The notes beneath the pieces were generated by a model that saw only the letters and a list, made by a program, of their open reading frames with translations, was not told the origin of the DNA and searched no databases. Shown here one piece after another: positions 18,451-27,416 of a stretch of 64,000 nt of DNA. Where the stretch lies: positions 15,929-79,928 of the forward strand of contig JAFPXD010000067.1 in assembly GCA_017394835.1 (NCBI GenBank). Direction: 5' to 3'. Both the position numbers and the translations under genes were made by a program. Origin of the DNA: Clostridia bacterium (lineage in GTDB: Bacteria; Bacillota; Clostridia; Christensenellales; CAG-138). The first letter of the stretch is position 1, and the number at the start of each line of letters is the position of its first letter.

Positions 18451-20675
18451 TGAGCGATTACAGGCTTTCACCCGATGCTCCCATCAACGTAGCAGAGATA
18501 CTTAAGGATCTCGACAAGTACCGTCCCCGCCGCAGGGGCTGGACCTGGCGCAAGCCCGTTCCGAATCTTCACATGGGTCCCTTTGAGTATCAGGATGCGA
18601 CAGAGCCGCTGAAGTGCTCCGTCCCCCTTCCCCCCGCTCACTATTTCGAGGATATAGATCCTCAGCCCGCTCCCGTTATCACTACCGAGATCGCTTCCGG
18701 CCGCTTTGAAGACGATATCCGCCGTATGCGTATGGCGGCTCATCACGGCGCGGATCACATAATGGTCATCCGTACCGCAGGTCAGAGCCATTTTGACGGG
18801 CTTATCGAGGGCACTCCCCAGGGTATGGGCGGCGTTCCCATAACCCGTAAACAGGTAAGGGCGCAGCGCAAGGCCCTCGACATGATCGAGGACGAGGTCG
18901 GCCGCCCCATCAATTACCACAGCTACGTTTCCGGCGTTGCGGGTCCCGATATTGCGGTCATGTTCGCGGAAGAAGGCGTTAACGGCGTCCATCAGGATCC
19001 CCAGTATAACGTCATTTACCGCAACATCAATATGATCCGCTCCTTTGTTGACGCCTGCGAATCCAAGAAGCTAATAGCCTGGGCGGGCATGGCCCAGATC
19101 GACGGCGCGCATAACGCAAACGCCACCGCCCGCGAAGCATGGAAGGTAATGCCCGAGCTCATGGTCCAGCACGGCATTAACGCCATCTTCTCCGCAAGGG
19201 TCGGCATCAACAAAAAGAACATCTGCCTTTCCACCGTTCCTCCGACGGCCACTCCCGCGCCCTGTATCCACATGGATCTGCCTTACGCGGTAGCGCTGCG
19301 CGATCTCTTCCACGAGTACCGCATGAGGGCGCAGATGAACACCAAGTACATCGAATCCTCGACCCGCGAAGCGACCGTTACCCACGTTCTCAACATGGTC
19401 ATTTCCAAGCTGACGAGCGCGGATATCCAGTCCACCATCACCCCCGACGAGGGCCGCAACGTTCCCTGGCACATCTATAACATCGAAGCCTGCGACACCG
19501 CCAAGCAGGCGCTCATCGGCATGGACGGCCTTATGGAAATGGTTGAGCTCAAGAAGGACGGTTATCTGCGTGAAAAAGCTCGCGAGCTCAAGGAAAGGGC
19601 GGTCCTCTTCATGGAGGAAATGCTCGAGCTCGGCGGCTATTTCGCGGCCGTTGAGGAAGGCTTCTTCGTTGACTCCGGCATCTATCCCGAGCGCAACGGC
19701 GACGGTATCGCAAGAAAGATGAACGGCGGTATCGGCGCAGGCACCATCTTCAAGCGCGATCCGCAGTACATGGCGCCCGTCACCGCGCATTACGGCTATA
19801 ACAACGTCGAGCAGTACGGCGGAGATCCCATGGATCCCGCGGCGCTCATCGGCGGCTGCACCCTTGAGGATCCCGATAAAATCATATATATCGACGAGCT
19901 CGACGATAACGACAACGTCAACGTCCGTATGGCTGAGACCCGCGATTTCACTCCCGGCGGCAAGAAGATCCGCCCCGAGATGGAATGGCTTGCCGACGGT
20001 ACCGTTATGCTCACCATGTTCTTCCCCGCTCCCAAGCAGATCGCGGAAGCCGCGGCGCTTGAGTGTGCGAAGCGCATGAACCTTACCGAGTGCGAGGTCA
20101 TCTCCCGCGAGATAATGCATCCGCAGGACGGCACCCGCATAGAGGTCAAGGGCAAGGTCCCCTTCGAGATCGACGTGGATTCCCTCGTCATCCCCAAGGA
20201 GCCCGACGTTCTTTCCGATGCTGAGATCCGCGCTGACATAGAGCGCCGTCCCATGAAGATCGTCGCCGCGACGGTCGGCGAGGACGAGCACTCCGTCGGT
20301 CTTCGTGAGATAATCGACATAAAGCACGGCGGCATCGAAAAATACGGCATGGAGGTCATCTATCTCGGCACCTCCTGCTCGCCTGAAAAGCTCGTCAATG
20401 CGGCTGTTGAAACTCATGCGGACGCTATAATGGCTTCCACCATCATAAGCCATGACGATATCCACTATAAGAATATCGCCAAGATCGATCAGATCTGCCG
20501 TGAGATGGGTATTCGCGATAAGATAATCTTCATCGCGGGCGGCACGCAGGTCACTCCCGAGCTTGCAAGGAAAGCGGGCGCCGACGAAGGCTTCGGCCGC
20601 GGCAGCCACGGCGTGCATGACGCCACGTTCCTCATCAAAAAGCGTTGGGAAATGGAAAAAGAGGGCAAGATGTAA
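18450..20675 (+). CDS. oraE: D-ornithine 4,5-aminomutase subunit E (adenosylcobalamin- and PLP-dependent)
   Basis: 741 aa. C-terminal B12-binding Rossmann domain with base-off His motif (GEDEHSVGL) and an N-terminal TIM-barrel region. Confidence 0.9.
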   Translation: MSDYRLSPDAPINVAEILKDLDKYRPRRRGWTWRKPVPNLHMGPFEYQDATEPLKCSVPLPPAHYFEDIDPQPAPVITTEIASGRFEDDIRRMRMAAHHGADHIMVIRTAGQSHFDGLIEGTPQGMGGVPITRKQVRAQRKALDMIEDEVGRPINYHSYVSGVAGPDIAVMFAEEGVNGVHQDPQYNVIYRNINMIRSFVDACESKKLIAWAGMAQIDGAHNANATAREAWKVMPELMVQHGINAIFSARVGINKKNICLSTVPPTATPAPCIHMDLPYAVALRDLFHEYRMRAQMNTKYIESSTREATVTHVLNMVISKLTSADIQSTITPDEGRNVPWHIYNIEACDTAKQALIGMDGLMEMVELKKDGYLREKARELKERAVLFMEEMLELGGYFAAVEEGFFVDSGIYPERNGDGIARKMNGGIGAGTIFKRDPQYMAPVTAHYGYNNVEQYGGDPMDPAALIGGCTLEDPDKIIYIDELDDNDNVNVRMAETRDFTPGGKKIRPEMEWLADGTVMLTMFFPAPKQIAEAAALECAKRMNLTECEVISREIMHPQDGTRIEVKGKVPFEIDVDSLVIPKEPDVLSDAEIRADIERRPMKIVAATVGEDEHSVGLREIIDIKHGGIEKYGMEVIYLGTSCSPEKLVNAAVETHADAIMASTIISHDDIHYKNIAKIDQICREMGIRDKIIFIAGGTQVTPELARKAGADEGFGRGSHGVHDATFLIKKRWEMEKEGKM

Positions 20676-20813
20676 CGATACCCCTCCCTTATCCTAAGGG
20701 AAGCTTCAGATCCATCTCTTCTTATTGACGGATGAAGGGAAAACGCATATCCCTTCAATGGAATTAATGGGAGCCGCTGTTTTCAAACGGCGGTTCCCGT
20801 TTGCGAGGTCAAA

Positions 20814-22178
20814 ATGAACGTTGACGTTCTTGTTTACGAAATAGGTTCTACTACCACTCTCGTCAATGCCTTCAACGGCATAGATACCGACAAACCGCGC
20901 TTTATAGGCCAGGGGCAGGCGCCCACTTCCGTTCTGGAAGGCGACGTCCGCATAGGTCTTAAGGCAGCTATAAACGATCTTGCAAAAAATCTCGGCACGG
21001 AAAACGTAGAATACGGGATCGCCTTCGCGACTTCGAGCGCGGCCGGCGGGCTCCGAATGACAGTTCACGGCCTTGTTTACGATATGACCGTCAAGGCGGC
21101 TAAGGCCGCCGCTTTAGGCGCGGGCGCCATAATCAAGCACGCGACAGCGGGCATAATGTCCGATTACGATATAGAGGACGTGCGTGCGATCGCTCCCAAC
21201 CTCATTCTGCTTGCGGGCGGGACCGATTACGGCGAGCGCGAAACAGCGATAGAGAACGCAAAAAAGCTCGTCGCATCGGGTATAAAGGCCCCCGTCATTT
21301 ACGGCGGCAACATTCAAAACCACCATATTATCAGAGCGATCTTCGAGGGAAGCGGCATCCCTCTCTACATAACCGAAAACGTCTATCCTAAGCTCGACCT
21401 GTTGAATATCGAGCCCGCAAGGAAGATAATCCACAAGGTGTTTGAGGAGCATATCGTAAAGGCCGCGGGCATGGAGCACGTGCGCGATATGGTCACGGGC
21501 AATATAATCCCCACGCCCGGAGCCGTTATGGAAGCGGCGCAGCTCCTCTATAACGAGATAGGCGATCTTGCCGTTATAGATATAGGCGGCGCCACGACGG
21601 ACGTTCATTCCGTCACGCAGGGCTCCGATGAGATAGCGAGCATACAGACCACCCCCGAGCCCTTTGCAAAGAGGACGGTTGAAGGCGATCTCGGCATGTA
21701 CGTGAATGCACACAACGTGATAGATCTCATAGGCCGTGATAAGCTTCAGAAGGAACTGGAGCTCGATATGGACTCCGTTATGAGCGATTACAAGCCCATT
21801 CCCGAAACTCCCGAGCAGTTCAAGCTCACCCACAGGCTGGCGCTTGAAGCGGGCAGAGTTTCCGTTGAAAGGCACGCAGGCGCGCTTCGCTATATCTACA
21901 CGCCGAGAGGCCGCCAGACCATTGCCGAGGGCAAGGATTTGACAAAGCTCAAGTATTTAGTCGCCACCGGCGGCGCTTTAACGAGGCTTCCCGAGCACGA
22001 AAGGATAATGAAGAAGATAGCGGATTCCAATGAAAACGGAATGATGCTCTTCCCTAAGCCCAACGTGCTGAAGCTCCTATACGACAACGACTATATCATG
22101 GCGTCCCTCGGCGTTCTTTCGAAGCAGTATCCCGAAGCCGCACTCTCGCTGATGAAGCAGAGCCTCGGCATCGATTAA
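20814..22178 (+). CDS. GlmL/MutL-family protein (putative reactivase or chaperone for the B12 aminomutase)
   Basis: ASKHA-type motifs VYEIGSTTT and DIGGATTDVHSV. Located between oraE and orr. Confidence 0.75.
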   Translation: MNVDVLVYEIGSTTTLVNAFNGIDTDKPRFIGQGQAPTSVLEGDVRIGLKAAINDLAKNLGTENVEYGIAFATSSAAGGLRMTVHGLVYDMTVKAAKAAALGAGAIIKHATAGIMSDYDIEDVRAIAPNLILLAGGTDYGERETAIENAKKLVASGIKAPVIYGGNIQNHHIIRAIFEGSGIPLYITENVYPKLDLLNIEPARKIIHKVFEEHIVKAAGMEHVRDMVTGNIIPTPGAVMEAAQLLYNEIGDLAVIDIGGATTDVHSVTQGSDEIASIQTTPEPFAKRTVEGDLGMYVNAHNVIDLIGRDKLQKELELDMDSVMSDYKPIPETPEQFKLTHRLALEAGRVSVERHAGALRYIYTPRGRQTIAEGKDLTKLKYLVATGGALTRLPEHERIMKKIADSNENGMMLFPKPNVLKLLYDNDYIMASLGVLSKQYPEAALSLMKQSLGID

Positions 22179-22187
22179 GGAGGAAGC

Positions 22188-23255
22188 ATGTACCCCCGTA
22201 TAAACATACATCTTGATAAGCTCAAGGAAAACCTCGGTTTTCTTGTCGGACTCTGCCATGAGCAGGGGATCAAAGCAGCGATAGTGACCAAGGTATTTTG
22301 CGCGGACAGGCGTATCGTTCAGCTCATCAATGAGAGCGAAGCCGATATGCTCGCGGATTCCCGCACGCAGAACCTTCTTGGCATGAACACGAATAAGCCC
22401 CGTCTGCTGCTCCGTATAGGCATGCAGTCCGAGGCCGATACGACAGTCGCCTGCGCTGAAATATCCATGCAGAGCGAGCTTGAGACGCTTAATAAGCTTA
22501 ATTCCGCTGCAGAACGCGCCGGGCTCGTTCATAAGGTCATCCTCATGATAGACATGGGCGATCTTCGCGAGGGCATTTTCAATACCGACAGAGAAAAGAT
22601 CATGGAAACTGCGTCGTATATCCACAAAGCTTCAAACCTTGAGCTTTACGGCGTAGGCGTAAACCTCACCTGTTACGGCGGCATCCTTCCGGATGAAAAC
22701 AATCTGGGCGGCCTAGTCAGTATCGCAAACCGTTTAAGAGAAGCATTGGGCGAAGAGATACCGATCGTCTCTGGCGGGAATTCTTCAACGATGGGTCTTC
22801 TGATGGAAAGGAACGTGCCCGCAGGGATCAACCATCTGCGGCTCGGCGAAAGCTTCGTGCTCGGGAACGACACCGCGACAGGAAAACCCGTTCCCGGCCT
22901 CAACACCGATTGCTTCGTGCTTGAAGCGGAGATAGTGGAGCTTCAGACAAAGCCCTCCAAGCCCATAGGCAAGTCCGGCCCCAATGCTTTCGGCGAATAC
23001 CTCGAGTACCCCGACCGCGGAATGATGAAGCGCGCAATACTCGCGATAGGCAGGCAGGACGTTTCGGTTGACGGCCTCTTCCCCACCGATCCTTCCGTTG
23101 AGATCATCGGCGCGAGCTCCGATCACCTTATCGTGAATCTCACCGAATGCGGCCGTGAGCTCAAGGTAGGAGATACGCTCACGTTCATCCCCGATTACGG
23201 CGCGCTGCTCCACCTTATGACAAGCAAATATGTCGATAGGAACTATATCGGCTGA
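22188..23255 (+). CDS. orr: Ornithine racemase (PLP, alanine-racemase N-terminal fold)
   Basis: 355 aa with PLP-lysine context AAIVTKVF. Its position in the ornithine cluster supports the call. RBS AAGGAGG. Confidence 0.75.
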   Translation: MYPRINIHLDKLKENLGFLVGLCHEQGIKAAIVTKVFCADRRIVQLINESEADMLADSRTQNLLGMNTNKPRLLLRIGMQSEADTTVACAEISMQSELETLNKLNSAAERAGLVHKVILMIDMGDLREGIFNTDREKIMETASYIHKASNLELYGVGVNLTCYGGILPDENNLGGLVSIANRLREALGEEIPIVSGGNSSTMGLLMERNVPAGINHLRLGESFVLGNDTATGKPVPGLNTDCFVLEAEIVELQTKPSKPIGKSGPNAFGEYLEYPDRGMMKRAILAIGRQDVSVDGLFPTDPSVEIIGASSDHLIVNLTECGRELKVGDTLTFIPDYGALLHLMTSKYVDRNYIG

Positions 23256-23273
23256 TATAAGAAAGGCAATAAA

Positions 23274-24437
23274 ATGTTCGTACATAACGTAACCTTCCAG
23301 AACAATCTTCGTTACCGCACCTGGGCGGAGATAGACCTCGCCGCGATGAAGTCCAATCTCGAATACGCAAAGAAGCAGTCCGGAAAGCCCGTGATATGCG
23401 TCATTAAGGGCGACGCATACGGCCATGGCGCAGTCGAGTGCGGTAAATACCTTCAGGATAACGGCGCCGATATGTTTGCCGTCGCCTGCATCGAGGAAGC
23501 GCTTGAGCTCCGTGAAAACGGCATCACAATCCCCATCCTCATTCTCGGCTACACGCCCGCGCTCTTCGTCAAGGAGCTTTCCTATTACGATCTCGAGCAG
23601 ACCGTTGTTGACGTTTCCCATGCGGATGAGCTGAATAAAGCTGCCGAGGAGGCGCACGTCCGCATAAAGGTCCACATCAAGATCGATACGGGCATGGGCC
23701 GTATAGGTCTTTACGCGCACGGACATATCGGCGGCAGGAAGGTCATTGATAAGGCCATAGACGATGCGGAGCATATCTACAATCTGCCCCATCTTAACGC
23801 CGTGGGCCTCTATTCGCATTTCGCTGTAGCCGATTTCCCGGAAGGCGACGAATACACCGCCGCGCAGTATAAGAACTACTGCGACGTAAGGAACGGTCTG
23901 ATCGCCCGCGGCATTCATATCGAGAAATGCCATATCTCGAATTCCGCCGCCATCATGGATCATCCCGAGGTGCATTTCGATTACGTTCGCGAAGGTATAA
24001 TCCTTTACGGCATGTACCCCAACTCCAAGCCCCAGGAAGGCCCCCTAAAGCCCGTTATGACTCTTAAATCCCGCGTCGCGCTCGTCCGCGACATCCCCAA
24101 GGGCTCGACCATCAGCTACGGCAGGCTCTTTAAGGCGGAGCAGGATATGAAGGTCGCCGTCATCTCGATAGGCTATGCCGATGGTTTCCCCCGCCGCCTG
24201 ACCAATCAGGCTATCATGACCATCAACGGTCAGCGCTTCCCGCAGATAGGCCGCGTATGTATGGATATGTGCATGTGCGACGTAACGGGTTCCGACGTAA
24301 AGCGCGGCGATGAAGTCATTATTTTCGGCAAGGGCGGAATTTCCGCCGAGGAAGTCTCCGTCATGGTCAACACCATAAACTATGAGGTCACCTGCGATAT
24401 TTCAAGGCGCGCGCACACCTTCTATCTGAACCGCTGA
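23274..24437 (+). CDS. alr: Alanine racemase
   Basis: Canonical VIKGDAYGHGAV PLP-lysine motif and a C-terminal beta domain with SYG. Confidence 0.9.
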   Translation: MFVHNVTFQNNLRYRTWAEIDLAAMKSNLEYAKKQSGKPVICVIKGDAYGHGAVECGKYLQDNGADMFAVACIEEALELRENGITIPILILGYTPALFVKELSYYDLEQTVVDVSHADELNKAAEEAHVRIKVHIKIDTGMGRIGLYAHGHIGGRKVIDKAIDDAEHIYNLPHLNAVGLYSHFAVADFPEGDEYTAAQYKNYCDVRNGLIARGIHIEKCHISNSAAIMDHPEVHFDYVREGIILYGMYPNSKPQEGPLKPVMTLKSRVALVRDIPKGSTISYGRLFKAEQDMKVAVISIGYADGFPRRLTNQAIMTINGQRFPQIGRVCMDMCMCDVTGSDVKRGDEVIIFGKGGISAEEVSVMVNTINYEVTCDISRRAHTFYLNR

Positions 24438-24438
24438 T

Positions 24439-25026
24439 ATGGCTCTGCTTCGTTTTGATTGGGATACGCTCTACCGTGAGCTTGACGGATGCACGAAATG
24501 CGGCCTCTGCAAGGGGCGGCACAGCATCGTCATTTCCGACGGCGATCCTCATGCCGAAATAATGTTCATAGGCGAAGGCCCCGGCCGTGAGGAGGATGAA
24601 CAGGGCGTCCCCTTCGTGGGTGCCGCCGGAAGGCTTTTCAACTATCTGCTTGAAGAAGCCGGGCTCACACGCGAGGAGATCTACATCTGCAACATCGTCA
24701 AATGCAGGCCTCCGCAGAACCGCGATCCCTTTCCCGAGGAAGCGGAAGCTTGTCTCCCCTATTTAAGGGCTCAGATAGCGCTCGTTCGCCCAAAGGTCAT
24801 CGTCTGTCTCGGAAGGATCGCAGCAAGATACGTCTATGACAGCGAGATACAGATCTCCCGTCAGCGCGGTCAGGTAAGGAAAAAGGGCGCTTTCTACGTG
24901 ATACCCACCTATCATCCCGCCGCGATACTCCGAAAGCAGGAGCTTACCAACGATTTCGTTTGGGATCTCAATACCGCACGAAGAATCAGGGATAAGATAA
25001 ACAACGGCGAAGAGATACTTGTTTGA
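24439..25026 (+). CDS. Uracil-DNA glycosylase, family 4 (Fe-S)
   Basis: CxxC start (CTKCGLC), then [20 protein letters not shown] and HPAA motifs. Starts 1 nt after the alr stop. Confidence 0.85.
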   Translation: MALLRFDWDTLYRELDGCTKCGLCKGRHSIVISDGDPHAEIMFIGEGPGREEDEQGVPFVGAAGRLFNYLLEEAGLTREEIYICNIVKCRPPQNRDPFPEEAEACLPYLRAQIALVRPKVIVCLGRIAARYVYDSEIQISRQRGQVRKKGAFYVIPTYHPAAILRKQELTNDFVWDLNTARRIRDKINNGEEILV

Positions 25027-25037
25027 CTTAAGCTAAA

Positions 25038-25064
25038 ATGACCCGTCCACAAGGGACGGGTCAT
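25038..25064. terminator. Bidirectional intrinsic terminator between udg and lpd
   Basis: ATGACCCGTCC-acaag-GGACGGGTCAT, an 11-bp perfect stem flanked by an A-run and a T-rich tail. Confidence 0.8.
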
Positions 25065-25083
25065 CGTTATATTATTTAGGTCA

Positions 25084-26487
25084 TTATTTGCGCTTGGGCA
25101 TGCCGTGGCAGCAGAGGCCCTTCCAATCATGGGCGGCTTCCATAACGCATTCGGATACGGTGGGATGCGGGTGGATGGTATCGGCAATATCCTTGACGGA
25201 TCCGCCGAGCTTCATCACCGCGGCAAGCTCCGCGATCATGTCGGTAGCCCTCGGGCACATGAGCTGAGCGCCGATGAGTTTCCCTTCCATATCGGAGATG
25301 AGCTTGACAATACCGAGGTTTTCGCCCATTACCATTGCGCGGCCGTTGCCCGCCACGTTGAAAGTACCGAGCTTATATTCGATCCCCTGCGCCTTTGCCT
25401 TATCCTCCGAAATGCCAACGAACGCGATCTCGGGGCTCGTATAAATACAGGAGGGAACGACGTTATAATCCATTACTTCGTCATGGCCCGCGGCGTTCGC
25501 GGCGGCAACAAGACCCTGTGCGGAGGCGACGTGCGCCAACTGTATCTTTCCGGTTATATCGCCTATCGCATAGATGTTTTCAATATTGGTGCGGCAATGA
25601 TCGTCTATCACAACGAAATTGCGGTTGAATTCAATGCCGACTTCTTCAAGGCCAATGCCCCTCGTTTCCGCTTTGCGGCCAACGCTTACCACGCAGCAGG
25701 CGCCGCTCGCGGTCTTGACGGCCCCGTTCAGCTCATAGCTTACGGTGACGGTATCGCCGCCTTCGAGCTTGGTGACCTTCGCGTTGTTTACGATCTGCAC
25801 CTTCTTATTTTTAAGAACTCGCAGGCAGGTGCGAACTATATCCGCATCTGCGCCGGGCAGTATAGAGGGCATCATTTCAATAACGGTGACGGGCTTGCCA
25901 AGAGTCGCAAACAGGGTAGCAAATTCTATGCCGATAACGCCGCCGCCTATTATGACGAAGCTTTCGGGCAGCTCGGTCATGGTAAGGATATCATCGGAGG
26001 TGACTATGTTCTTACCGTCTATCCCCTCGATGGGAGGACGCGCGGGAGAAGAACCCGTTGCAAGTATCAGCCGATCGTACGATACAGTTTCAGGCTCCAC
26101 GTCCGGTCGTACGATTTCGATATGGTGCGCGTCGGTCAATCGGCCGAAGCCCTTTATAACCTTAACGCCATGTGCCTTTTCGAGCATTCCGATACCGGAA
26201 ACGAGCTTTTCGACAGTCGCGGTCTTATATGCCGCCATCTTGCTGTAATCATAGCCCACCTCCGAAGCCTCTACGCCGAAAACGGAGGCGTTGACGGTCT
26301 GCTCATATACTTCCGCGCCGTGCAGGAGCGCCTTGGTGGGTATGCAGCCGCGATTCAAGCAGGTGCCGCCGAGTTCGCGCGCTTCGATCAAAGCGACCTT
26401 TTTGCCAAGCTGAGCCGCCCTTATCGCTGCGACGTAACCGCCGGGGCCGCCGCCCAGAACAACTATATCATATTCGTATTCGCACAT
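25084..26487 (-). CDS. lpd: Dihydrolipoyl dehydrogenase
   Basis: FAD motif VVLGGGPGGY, redox-active disulfide GGTCLNRGCIPTK, and C-terminal HPHPT interface motif. RBS AAGGAGG precedes ATG 26487; the track start at 26544 is an extension. Confidence 0.9.
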   Translation of the reverse strand: MCEYEYDIVVLGGGPGGYVAAIRAAQLGKKVALIEARELGGTCLNRGCIPTKALLHGAEVYEQTVNASVFGVEASEVGYDYSKMAAYKTATVEKLVSGIGMLEKAHGVKVIKGFGRLTDAHHIEIVRPDVEPETVSYDRLILATGSSPARPPIEGIDGKNIVTSDDILTMTELPESFVIIGGGVIGIEFATLFATLGKPVTVIEMMPSILPGADADIVRTCLRVLKNKKVQIVNNAKVTKLEGGDTVTVSYELNGAVKTASGACCVVSVGRKAETRGIGLEEVGIEFNRNFVVIDDHCRTNIENIYAIGDITGKIQLAHVASAQGLVAAANAAGHDEVMDYNVVPSCIYTSPEIAFVGISEDKAKAQGIEYKLGTFNVAGNGRAMVMGENLGIVKLISDMEGKLIGAQLMCPRATDMIAELAAVMKLGGSVKDIADTIHPHPTVSECVMEAAHDWKGLCCHGMPKRK

Positions 26488-26569
26488 GGAAAAAACCTCC
26501 TTGTTTGTTAGCTTTAGAATACCATAAAGCTCCTGTGTTTTCAACCTTTTACGGGATTATATGATTTGA

Positions 26570-26597
26570 TTGACAAATGTATCGGTTTTGGTATAAT
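26570..26597 (+). promoter_or_regulatory. Sigma-A promoter (TTGACA-16 nt-TGGTATAAT)
   Basis: -35 at 26570-26575 and an extended -10 at 26589-26597. Confidence 0.7.
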
Positions 26598-26626
26598 CAA
26601 AGCATGGATCATAAGGAGGCGTTTAT

Positions 26627-27358
26627 ATGGATAAGATCGAACAGCTCAAATCAATGATAAAGGAAAGCGGCCGCATCGTTTTTTTAGGCGGCGCCGGCGT
26701 TTCTACGGAAAGCGGCATTCCCGATTTTCGCAGTGAGAACGGCATATTCAAAGCCATACGCGATTTCGGTTATCCGCCCGAAACGCTTCTTTCCCGCTCC
26801 TTCTTCGACAGGGATCCGGAGGTTTTCTTCAAGTATTATCGCACTCTTTTGATGAGCGGAGACGCCAAACCCAACCGCGCTCATTACGCGCTTGCTAAGC
26901 TTGAACAAGAAGGCAAGCTCACCGCCGTTGCTACTCAGAACATAGACGGGCTTCACACCATGGCCGGAAGCAGGGCGGTATTCGAGCTGCATGGCTCCAT
27001 TAAGCGCAATCACTGCATGAAGTGCCATAAATTCTATGACGATACCTTCGTAGCGGAAAGCGAGGGCATCCCCCGCTGCTCCTGCGGAGGCATAGTCAAG
27101 CCCGACGTCGTGCTCTATGAAGAAGGTCTCGATTATGAGACTTTGAACGGCGCCTGCACCCACATAATGCGCGCGGATATGCTCATAGTCGGCGGAACGA
27201 GCCTGCAGGTCTATCCCGCCGCGGGGCTCATCGATTACTACCGCGGGCACAGGCTCGTGCTTATAAACAAATCCTCAACGCCTTATGACAGCTATGCCGA
27301 TCTTGTTATAAACGATTCGATAGGCAAGGTTTTGGGCGAGGCCGTCGGCATAGTATAA
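26627..27358 (+). CDS. cobB: NAD-dependent protein deacetylase/deacylase (Sir2 family)
   Basis: GAGVSTESGIPDFRS, TQNIDGLH, zinc cysteines CxxC...CxCG, and catalytic His in ELHGS. Confidence 0.9.
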   Translation: MDKIEQLKSMIKESGRIVFLGGAGVSTESGIPDFRSENGIFKAIRDFGYPPETLLSRSFFDRDPEVFFKYYRTLLMSGDAKPNRAHYALAKLEQEGKLTAVATQNIDGLHTMAGSRAVFELHGSIKRNHCMKCHKFYDDTFVAESEGIPRCSCGGIVKPDVVLYEEGLDYETLNGACTHIMRADMLIVGGTSLQVYPAAGLIDYYRGHRLVLINKSSTPYDSYADLVINDSIGKVLGEAVGIV

Positions 27359-27373
27359 AACAATTACACAAGT

Positions 27374-27406
27374 AAAAGGACTCCCTTCGTCAAAGGGAGC
27401 CCTTTT
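27374..27406. terminator. Bidirectional intrinsic terminator
   Basis: AAAAGGACTCCCTT-cgtca-AAGGGAGCCCTTTT. Confidence 0.75.
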
Positions 27407-27416
27407 CGTTTCCGTA

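Noticed and set aside
15246-20618. Three long minus-strand ORFs (444, 500 and 515 aa)
   Set aside because: They are antisense to ord, ortB and oraE. Their translations are Gly/Ala/Asp/Leu-rich and lack recognisable domains. The plus-strand genes have RBSs, overlaps and family motifs.
25105-26511. 468-aa plus-strand ORF
   Set aside because: It is the antisense shadow of lpd, and the minus strand carries the FAD and disulfide motifs.
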